Shown piece by piece: positions 1 through 7,313 of a stretch of DNA of 64,000 nucleotides (its first letter is position 1; each line of letters starts with the position of its first letter). The DNA is taken from contig JABGPZ010000054.1 of assembly GCA_018644725.1 (NCBI GenBank), forward strand, positions 4,502 to 68,501, read 5' to 3'. Under the pieces are notes generated by a model. The model was not told where the DNA came from. It was given only the letters and a program-made list of their open reading frames with translations, and did no database searches. The position numbers and the translations under genes are program-made. This DNA comes from Phycisphaerales bacterium. Lineage in GTDB: Bacteria > Planctomycetota > Phycisphaerae > SM23-33.

Positions 1-103
1 AAATCACGGAAATCACGAATTTCACATTCCCCTTGCACCATGCGAGCAATGACGGGCCAGCAAGACGCCAGCCCAAGCTGCTCTGAAAGTCAGGACGACG
101 AAT

Positions 104-1546
104 ATGAGTAAAACCACGGACGCGTTCCTTCAATCGGACTACCCTGCGCTCTTGTTCCACGGCGCGGCGAAAACGGTCACCGGCTCGATGCACCTTCTCA
201 AAACGCCCGACGGCGTGATTTCGCTGGACTGCGGGCTGTTCCAAGGCCGGCGCTACGAAGGGGTCGAAATCAACCGCAAGTTCCCCCTCGATCCCAAGCA
301 CATCGACTCGGTGCTGCTCAGCCACGCCCACATCGACCACTGCGGCAAGGTCCCCTACCTCGTCAAACGAGGCTTCAAGGGCAAAGTCTACGCGACGGCC
401 GCAACGGTCGACCTCGCCGAGATCATGCTCGCCGACTCCGGGCACATCCAAGAGGAAGATGCGATCTACTGGAACACCAAGCGCGCACGCACCAAAGAAG
501 AAGAAATCCAGGCGCTCTACACCATCGAAGACGCCAAAAAGGCCATGAGGCACTTCCAGAAGATCAACTATGACCAGACGTTCGCCTTTGGCGACGGCGC
601 ACGGGCGACCTATCTCGAAGCCGGCCACATCCTCGGCTCGGCCTGCATTCTCATCGAGCTGACCAAGCCCGAACCGATGACGATTCTGTTCACCGGCGAC
701 ATGGGCCGCTTCGAAATGCCCATCCTGCGCGACCCCATCGAGCCGCTGCCCAAGGTCGACTACCTCATCACCGAATCGACCTACGCCGACCGCCGCCACC
801 ACAACCCCACCGACATGAAAGAAGAACTCGCGCGGATCATCAACGAGACGCGCGCTGTGGGCGGCAAGGTCATCATCCCGTCGTTCAGCGTCGGGCGCAC
901 CCAAAACGTGCTATACTACATCGAGCTTGCCCTGCGCGAAGGGCTGATCGATCCGCTGCCGGTCTTCGTCGACTCGCCGCTGAGCACCAACGCGACGGAA
1001 ATCTTCAAGAAGCACCCCGAATGCTACGACAAGCAGACCCACGAACTGTGGAAAGACCACGGCGGGCTGTTCGGCAATTCCAAGGTGCGGTTCATCACGA
1101 GCGTCGAAGAATCCAAGGCGCTGAACTATATGGACGAGCCGTGCGTGATCCTCGCGGCGAGCGGGATGTGCGAATCCGGCCGAATCCTCCACCACCTCAA
1201 GAACAACGTCACCGAAGAAAAGAACACGGTGTGTATCGTGGGCTTCATGGCCCAGCACACTCTCGGACGGCGGCTTGTTGAGCGGCGCCAGGAAATTAAA
1301 ATCTACGGCCGACTCTATCCGATGATGGCGCGTTTGGAACTGCTCAACGGGTTCAGCGCCCACGCCGACTCAAGCGACTTTGAACGCCTGTATGCGCCCA
1401 TCGCCAAAGACCTCAAGGCCGCATTCGTGGTCCACGGCGAAGGCCCCCAACCCATCGCCATGAAAAACACCCTCCACCGCCTGGGATGCGCCAACGTCAT
1501 CATCCCCGACGCGGGTGACATGGTCCGCCTTGACCAACTGCCATGA
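104..1546 (+). CDS. MBL-fold beta-CASP hydrolase (RNase J/CPSF-like RNA-metabolising metallo-beta-lactamase)
   Basis: 480-aa ORF. Metallo-beta-lactamase HxHxDH motif (LSHAHIDHCG), then beta-CASP/RMMBL-like motifs (TESTYADR, GFSAHAD, VVHGE). Stop overlaps the next start (ATGA). Confidence 0.85.
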   Translation: MSKTTDAFLQSDYPALLFHGAAKTVTGSMHLLKTPDGVISLDCGLFQGRRYEGVEINRKFPLDPKHIDSVLLSHAHIDHCGKVPYLVKRGFKGKVYATAATVDLAEIMLADSGHIQEEDAIYWNTKRARTKEEEIQALYTIEDAKKAMRHFQKINYDQTFAFGDGARATYLEAGHILGSACILIELTKPEPMTILFTGDMGRFEMPILRDPIEPLPKVDYLITESTYADRRHHNPTDMKEELARIINETRAVGGKVIIPSFSVGRTQNVLYYIELALREGLIDPLPVFVDSPLSTNATEIFKKHPECYDKQTHELWKDHGGLFGNSKVRFITSVEESKALNYMDEPCVILAASGMCESGRILHHLKNNVTEEKNTVCIVGFMAQHTLGRRLVERRQEIKIYGRLYPMMARLELLNGFSAHADSSDFERLYAPIAKDLKAAFVVHGEGPQPIAMKNTLHRLGCANVIIPDAGDMVRLDQLP

Positions 1547-2298
1547 CCAACATCGTCGATACCAAACTTGAAACGGGCGATAAAGGATTCTGGATCCGTA
1601 CCGCGACCAGCGAAGAATTCCTCGAATGGGACATGGTCCGCGAGATCATTGGCTATCGCCAAAACCCCGGCGGCGAAGACCTGTTGTGCATGGGGTTCCG
1701 TACGTCCGCGCTGAATGAATTCAACGAAATTCACGAAGAGATGGACGGGTATACCGACGTCCTGGGCGCGATGTATGAAGCATTTCCCAAGATCGATCAG
1801 ACCTGGTGGCAGGAAGTGACCCGCACGTTCGGCACGAACCGCACCACACTTCACGGCATGCCCGCGGCGCGGCAGCTTTCGCGAACCAAGCCCCCCGGCC
1901 ACAGCGCCAAATTCCTGCTCAATGCGACCGCCAAGCCGTGGAGCAAAAAGCGCTTCTGGATGGGTGTGGTGAACTACGCCATGATCCTGGCGATCGTCGC
2001 GGGCCTCCAAGTCCTCCTTTGCTGGGGCCTGGGCGGCATAGGTGTCGGCGACTTTCTCGCAACGGCGATCGGCCTGGTGATCTTCGCGCTCGCACTGGGG
2101 AAAACGCTCCCCGAGCCCAAGCATTTCTTTGCTGGCATGGCGGGTTTTTTACTGGCCGAATGGCTCATCGCGCCGCTATCGATCCCCACGACACTGGGCA
2201 AACTCTTCGGGGGAGATTTCGAATACATTCTCCTGCTCGGCGCGGTGACACTCGTGGGCCTCGGGACCATGCTCCTGCCCGACAAACGCTACCGATAA
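1543..2298 (+). CDS. hypothetical membrane protein (soluble N-domain plus C-terminal multi-TM region)
   Basis: 251-aa ORF translationally coupled (ATGA) to the upstream gene. The C-terminal half has several hydrophobic helices (VVNYAMILAIVAGLQVLLCWGLGGIGV..., GFLLAEWLIAPL..., ILLLGAVTLVGLGTMLL). No recognisable family. Confidence 0.6.
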   Translation: MTNIVDTKLETGDKGFWIRTATSEEFLEWDMVREIIGYRQNPGGEDLLCMGFRTSALNEFNEIHEEMDGYTDVLGAMYEAFPKIDQTWWQEVTRTFGTNRTTLHGMPAARQLSRTKPPGHSAKFLLNATAKPWSKKRFWMGVVNYAMILAIVAGLQVLLCWGLGGIGVGDFLATAIGLVIFALALGKTLPEPKHFFAGMAGFLLAEWLIAPLSIPTTLGKLFGGDFEYILLLGAVTLVGLGTMLLPDKRYR

Positions 2299-2307
2299 AA
2301 AGAGTCC

Positions 2308-3534
2308 TCAGTACTCCGAGCCGTCGTCGGTCACATCCGTATCACTGAGATTCTTGGACTGCGACGTGTTCTTTTTCCCATCCGGATACATAAACGAATC
2401 ATCGTGCTTGGGTTGTGAGGCAATCAGATAAACCAACCCGCCAATCAACACCAGCCCGAGGACGATCAAAGCGATCCAGATCGGCATTCTGGATTTCGGC
2501 GGTTGATACACAGGCCGGTTCGTCGTTGTGGTGTTCAGGGAAACCCGTGTCTTCGAAAGCGAAGGCGAACCCGGTCGCGCAGGTCGCGCGGAGGCCGCCG
2601 GAGTCGGCGCGGGGACAGCGGTTTGCTCCCCGAGAATCGCTTCGAGTCGGTCGGCAAATTCCGTCGCCGACGCAGGACGGTCAGCCGGTTTTTTGGCCAT
2701 GGCGCTCAACAGCAACTCGCCCAGTTCCAAAGGAATCGCGCCCAATTCGGACACATCCGGCAGCGGCGCATTGACGTGCTTCGCGTAGACTTCCTTGGCC
2801 GTCTTGCCCGTATAGGGCGGAGTGCCCGTCAGTGCAAACCACAGCAAACACCCCATCGAATAGAGGTCGCTCTGGGCGGTGGGTTCTTTGGAGAGAATCG
2901 TCTCGGGCGGCATGTAATAGGGCGTGCCGATGGTCTTGCCCTCCAGCAGAGACAGCTCGGCCTTATTCGCCAGACGCGCCGCGCCAAAGTCGACCAGCTT
3001 GCAAATTCCATCTCTGGTCAACATGAGGTTGCCCGGCTTGATGTCGCGGTGGATCACGCCCTGCTCGTGGGCAAAGGCCAGCCCGCGGAGTGCCTGAAGA
3101 ATCAATGACCCCGCCAGATTGTAATCGAGTTTCCCGCGCTTGCGAACCACACGCTGGAGGTCCCCGCCGCGGATGCACTCCATGGCAATGGCCACGACGC
3201 CGGAATCGGTCAGGACATCATAAATTCGAACAATGTTACCGTGTTCGAGCGCCGCAATCACGCGCGCTTCATGCATAAACTGTTTGAGATACTCCACCTG
3301 CTCGGCATCACCGAGACGCTGGGGAATCGCTTTGAGCGCCACCTCGCGGGCAAGAACTTTGTCGCGCGCGAGAAACACGCGCCCCATCCCGCCACTGCCA
3401 AGAAGCTTGGTGAGGGTAAAGCGGCCAAGGGAAACATTCTCCCACTGGTCCGAAAAAATATCCTTGTCGTGCGACAAAGAAGGATTCGAATCTGCGTTGG
3501 TGTCTTTCTCATCCATCATTGTCAAAGTATACAT
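2308..3534 (-). CDS. serine/threonine protein kinase, C-terminal transmembrane anchor
   Basis: Hanks kinase motifs GSGGMGRVFLA, VALK, HRDIKPGN, DFG and a PYYMPPE-type APE region. Single C-terminal TM helix (IWIALIVLGLVLIGGLVYLIA). Start uncertain: the ORF is open to 3618, and I chose the ATG at 3534. Confidence 0.85.
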   Translation of the reverse strand: MYTLTMMDEKDTNADSNPSLSHDKDIFSDQWENVSLGRFTLTKLLGSGGMGRVFLARDKVLAREVALKAIPQRLGDAEQVEYLKQFMHEARVIAALEHGNIVRIYDVLTDSGVVAIAMECIRGGDLQRVVRKRGKLDYNLAGSLILQALRGLAFAHEQGVIHRDIKPGNLMLTRDGICKLVDFGAARLANKAELSLLEGKTIGTPYYMPPETILSKEPTAQSDLYSMGCLLWFALTGTPPYTGKTAKEVYAKHVNAPLPDVSELGAIPLELGELLLSAMAKKPADRPASATEFADRLEAILGEQTAVPAPTPAASARPARPGSPSLSKTRVSLNTTTTNRPVYQPPKSRMPIWIALIVLGLVLIGGLVYLIASQPKHDDSFMYPDGKKNTSQSKNLSDTDVTDDGSEY

Positions 3535-3655
3535 TTTTTCAAGGAGTATTTGCAAGTCGAGAACGAATATTCTCCCTAAATTCAAATCAATTTTGAGTCC
3601 CTGAAAAATACCCAGCACCTAACAAGTAATTCTTCATTCAGATAAGAAAAAGGGT

Positions 3656-3683
3656 TTGACCGGACAATAGGGATCGATATAAT
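3656..3683 (+). promoter_or_regulatory. sigma70-like promoter (TTGACC-N16-TATAAT) upstream of the PIG-L gene
   Basis: -35 TTGACC at 3656-3661 and -10 TATAAT at 3678-3683. The -10 overlaps the first unit of the tandem repeat. Confidence 0.6.
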
Positions 3684-3802
3684 GCTCACAGCTATTGTCT
3701 GGCATGAGAAATCGTACCAGAGTACGAGACATGAAAATGCTCACAGCAATTGTCTGGTATGAGAAATCGTACCAGAGTACAAGCACATGAAAATGCTGTC
3801 AG
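3681..3802 (+). repeat. 55/56-bp tandem direct repeat, 2.2 copies
   Basis: Units at 3681-3735 and 3736-3791 are about 51/55 identical, with a partial third unit (AATGCT...) from 3792. Each full unit contains the hairpin CTGG(C/T)ATG-AGAAAT-CGTACCAG. Confidence 0.9.
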
Positions 3803-3855
3803 ATTGAATTGGACCGGACCCCAGCCCTCTGCCACTACTACCACGGAGACACGAT

Positions 3856-4740
3856 ATGACCACCGAAAGCTATACCTGCGTTCGTCGCAACGACAATGTT
3901 CTGAGCAGCACGTCCGATCTCTCAATTTTGGGCGAAGGCTTTGATGCCTCCAAAGAAACGTTTCTTTTTGTCAGCCCCCACGACGACGACATCGCCATCG
4001 GCGGCGCGTTGATGGTCCTCGCAGCCATCGCCGAAGGCATCCCCGTCCACATCGGCATTGTGACCGACGGCTCGGCGGGCTACTGCTCGATGGAAGAAAA
4101 AGAGACCATCGCCGACATTCGTCGCGCAGAAACCTACGCATCGTTCGAGATGCTCGGAGTGCCCGTGGAGAACATCCACTGGATGGGCATCCCCGACGGC
4201 CAAACCGCGCGCTATCAAGGTCGCTACGCGGCCGAGCCCGGCACGCCCGGCGAGGTCTGCGGCTTTACCGGCATGCAGAACGTCATCACCAAGACGCTGC
4301 GCGACGTGCGCCCCACCCGCGTATTCCTGCCCACCAGCGCCGACCTGCACCCCGACCACAAAATCACCCACAGCGAAACGATGATCTCGCTGTTCCACGC
4401 AGCCGGCACGATTTGGCCGGAACTCGGCGGGCCGATCCCGGCCGTCCCCGAAGTCTATGAACTCGCGATCTATTGCGACTTCCCCTCCGCGCCGGAAATC
4501 CAACTCCAGGTCGATTCGGATACCTTCCAGAAAAAACTCGACTCGATCCTCGCGTACCAATCGCAAAAACAGATCGCGTCGCTGGTCAAGAGCGTTTCCG
4601 CAGCCGGCCCCTACGAACAGTACCGCCCGATCTATTGGGAACTCTACGACCTGAAGACCTTCCTGCCGCTCTTCGAAGGCGCCCCCGCCCCGGGGAAATC
4701 CCCCAGCGGATGCAAATGCGATTGCAGCTGCTCGGGCTAA
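3856..4740 (+). CDS. PIG-L/LmbE family N-acetylglucosaminyl deacetylase
   Basis: SPHDDDIAIGG and HPDH motifs typical of the PIG-L family. GGAGA RBS 6 nt upstream. Unusual CKCDCSCSG C-terminus. Confidence 0.8.
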   Translation: MTTESYTCVRRNDNVLSSTSDLSILGEGFDASKETFLFVSPHDDDIAIGGALMVLAAIAEGIPVHIGIVTDGSAGYCSMEEKETIADIRRAETYASFEMLGVPVENIHWMGIPDGQTARYQGRYAAEPGTPGEVCGFTGMQNVITKTLRDVRPTRVFLPTSADLHPDHKITHSETMISLFHAAGTIWPELGGPIPAVPEVYELAIYCDFPSAPEIQLQVDSDTFQKKLDSILAYQSQKQIASLVKSVSAAGPYEQYRPIYWELYDLKTFLPLFEGAPAPGKSPSGCKCDCSCSG

Positions 4741-4784
4741 TACGCCGCGCACAATACACAAAAACGTGGTGTGAACGATCATTG

Positions 4785-4826
4785 AAAAACGCCTGATGAG
4801 ATTCAATTCTCACCAGGCGCTTTTTT
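4785..4826. terminator. bidirectional intrinsic terminator between convergent PIG-L and GH20 genes
   Basis: A-run, then an 11-bp stem with 1 mismatch (GCCTGATGAGA...TCTCACCAGGC), then a T6 run. Confidence 0.7.
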
Positions 4827-4862
4827 ATGTCGTCCCTATGTCCCTCTCACCTATCACGCTCG

Positions 4863-6950
4863 CTACGATTTTGTCATCTTGACTTCGCCGGCGCTGTCGG
4901 TCCCATCGCTGCCTTTGCATCGGATGCGAAGGGTGTATTTCGCGCCCTTGGTGAAATCCGCCTTCTTCATCGTCAGGGTGTAGGGCTGATTGCGCGGATT
5001 CGCTCCAGCGAAGCCGGCATGGGTGTCGGCCGCGACGGGCTTGCCATCTTTCAGCAACGTCACGGATTGAACATCGATGCCGTGTGCGCCCTTGGTATAG
5101 AGCATCGCGACCTTGTAGGTCCCACCGCCGTCGATCTCTTTGGTGATGTCAATCTCGACAGGCGCGTAAGCCTTCTTGATCTGCTTGGGTTTCCAAGCGC
5201 CGACTTTGTTGTAATTGTAAAACTCGACGGCCGTGTTCTTCTTCTTCTTGCCGCCCTTCTTGCCGCCCTTGTTCTTCACAGGGTCAGCATTCTTTTCGTA
5301 GCCGATCTCCAGAATATCCCAGCGCGCAAGCTGCTTGGCGAGGCCGGCCTTGAACGTCTTATAGTTTTTGCGTTCCAGCGCTTCCCAACCGACCGAGGCA
5401 TACGCGGCGATGCGCGGGTAGGTCTTGTTCTCCATCCGCTCGACGGTATGGATCCATTCGCCCCACATCTGGCACCCCAGGCCGAGGATCTGCGAGTGAT
5501 ATTCCTTCGGGAGCCCTTTGGGGATCGGATCAAACGCGTACGCCTTACTCAGCGGAATCGAAGTATAGCCGTAGTCGAGATAGGTCTGCGAGTGCAGCGA
5601 GTTGACGATGTCGTGGCCCTGGCGCGCGGCGCGAATCGCGAGACTCAACGAGCCTTTCCAGAAGTGAATCACGGCACCCTTGGAGAGGCCGGATTGCTTC
5701 GCGTTGGGGTCGGCAGCCTTTTGATCCTTGAGATAGCCGTGGAGGTCATCGCCGAGGATTTCGTTCCAGCCCATCAGCCGACGGCCCTTCGATTCGAGAT
5801 ACTGCGACATTTCGTTGGTGAAGTGGACCTGCACCATGGCGATGTTCTTGTACCCGTGCTTGGTCATGAACGCCTGCGTGTCGCCATCGGCCTTCCACTG
5901 ATTGAAGCGCACTTCGTCGCCGCCGATGTGGATCATCTTGCCGGGGAAGAGTTCCATCACTTCGTCGAGAATCTCCTGGAGCATTTTGACGACCTTGGGA
6001 TCGACGACCTTGCACGTTGCCTGGTGCTTGCCATATTTCACGGGTACGGGGATCGATTCTTTGACCGTACCGAGTTCGGGATAGGCCGCGATCATCGCCG
6101 AGGCGTGGCCGGGCATGCCAATCTCGGGCATGATCGTGATGTTCCGCTCTGCGGCATAGTTGACGATCTCGCGAATGTCGTCCTGCGTATAAAAGCCGCT
6201 GTGGGGCTTACCGTGGCGCTGGGCGCTCTTCCATCCGCCGAGATGCGTGTCGGTGCGCTTGGACCCGATGGAGGTCAGCTTAGGGTACTTCTTGATTTCC
6301 AGACGCCAGCCCTGGTCGTCAACGAGGTGCCAATGGAAGACGTTCATTTTGAGGATCGCCATCTGGTCGAGCAGCTGGAGCACTTCGGCCTTGCCCTTGA
6401 AATTGCGCCCTTCGTCGAGCATGTATGCCCGCCAGCTGAATCGCGGTTTGTCTTCAATGGTGACACACGGGATGCTCATCACAACGTCTTTGGCGGCGGT
6501 CTTGGAAGAAATCGCCTCGGCCGGGAGGAGCTGCATCAGCGTCTGCGTTCCATAGAACGCCCCGCCGCGCGCATTGGCGGAAATCGTCACGCCGTCGGCC
6601 GTCGAAACAAAGCTGTAGCCTTCGTCGCCCTGTACCTTATTGGCGGCTTGACGGATCGCAATGGCGTTCTTCGGTGCGGCCTCGCCGGGCTTGATCGACT
6701 TCACCGTCAGCGGAAAACCAGTACTCTTGCGGAGCTGGACGGCGAGAAGACAGGAAACCGCGTGTCGCAAATTATTCTTTTCAACAAGCGAGTCCTCCAT
6801 AACGATCACGGTTTGGGCATCGATGGTGAACGTGCCTTCGCCGGTGGTCATGGTCAGCGGCTGAGGAATCAGCGCCGGGCCGGCGGCCTGCGCCAGTGCA
6901 TTCGCGACAAGAACAAGGCCAAGGGTCAACAGTTTCCGGGTTAGGTTCAT
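4863..6950 (-). CDS. beta-N-acetylhexosaminidase (GH20) with extra C-terminal domain
   Basis: Signal peptide (LLTLGLVLVANALAQAAG). GH20 catalytic motifs HWHLVDDQGWR and IHIGGDE. Lys/Gly-rich linker (KNKGGKKGGKKKKN) followed by a ~130-aa C-terminal domain. Start set at the ATG at 6950, which follows a GGAGA RBS. Confidence 0.9.
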   Translation of the reverse strand: MNLTRKLLTLGLVLVANALAQAAGPALIPQPLTMTTGEGTFTIDAQTVIVMEDSLVEKNNLRHAVSCLLAVQLRKSTGFPLTVKSIKPGEAAPKNAIAIRQAANKVQGDEGYSFVSTADGVTISANARGGAFYGTQTLMQLLPAEAISSKTAAKDVVMSIPCVTIEDKPRFSWRAYMLDEGRNFKGKAEVLQLLDQMAILKMNVFHWHLVDDQGWRLEIKKYPKLTSIGSKRTDTHLGGWKSAQRHGKPHSGFYTQDDIREIVNYAAERNITIMPEIGMPGHASAMIAAYPELGTVKESIPVPVKYGKHQATCKVVDPKVVKMLQEILDEVMELFPGKMIHIGGDEVRFNQWKADGDTQAFMTKHGYKNIAMVQVHFTNEMSQYLESKGRRLMGWNEILGDDLHGYLKDQKAADPNAKQSGLSKGAVIHFWKGSLSLAIRAARQGHDIVNSLHSQTYLDYGYTSIPLSKAYAFDPIPKGLPKEYHSQILGLGCQMWGEWIHTVERMENKTYPRIAAYASVGWEALERKNYKTFKAGLAKQLARWDILEIGYEKNADPVKNKGGKKGGKKKKNTAVEFYNYNKVGAWKPKQIKKAYAPVEIDITKEIDGGGTYKVAMLYTKGAHGIDVQSVTLLKDGKPVAADTHAGFAGANPRNQPYTLTMKKADFTKGAKYTLRIRCKGSDGTDSAGEVKMTKS

Positions 6951-7313
6951 ATTGGTCTCCAATGAGGAAAATTTCAGCGAGTGATTTGATGAAAAGTATA
7001 ATTACACTCTATCGCGTCGTATTGCAAGACGCACTTTAGGAAATCGCCACGGCATAGGGACAGATGGCCATCCGCACTCACCGCCAGAGATTTTATTCCA
7101 TTTCTATTCTATTGATAATACTGGAGTTATGAATCTCCAGCGTCTGTGTCCGTTAAAAAACCGCTTGACAAATTGGCCCGAAATCGATTTATTGTCCCAC
7201 CAACGCTGTATACGTGGTAGCGATTGTTGCACCACGCAGCACCCCGAGCAGTTCTCGAGAACGGCTCATCAACGACCTCGCGGGGAACATTGTACCCACG
7301 AGAAGGAGACATC

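Noticed and set aside
3681-3802. Tandem repeat considered as a mini-CRISPR array or sigma54 promoter (TGGCAT...)
   Set aside because: The units are directly adjacent with no spacers, there are only 2.2 of them, and no cas genes are nearby. The TGGCAT-N-ATCGT segment lacks the -12 GC element at the correct spacing for sigma54.
4827-6944. 705-aa plus-strand ORF
   Set aside because: It is exactly antisense to the GH20 hexosaminidase, which has clear catalytic motifs and a signal peptide. The product is Arg/Gly/Leu/Val-rich low-complexity sequence with no motif. This is a typical mirror ORF in high-GC DNA.
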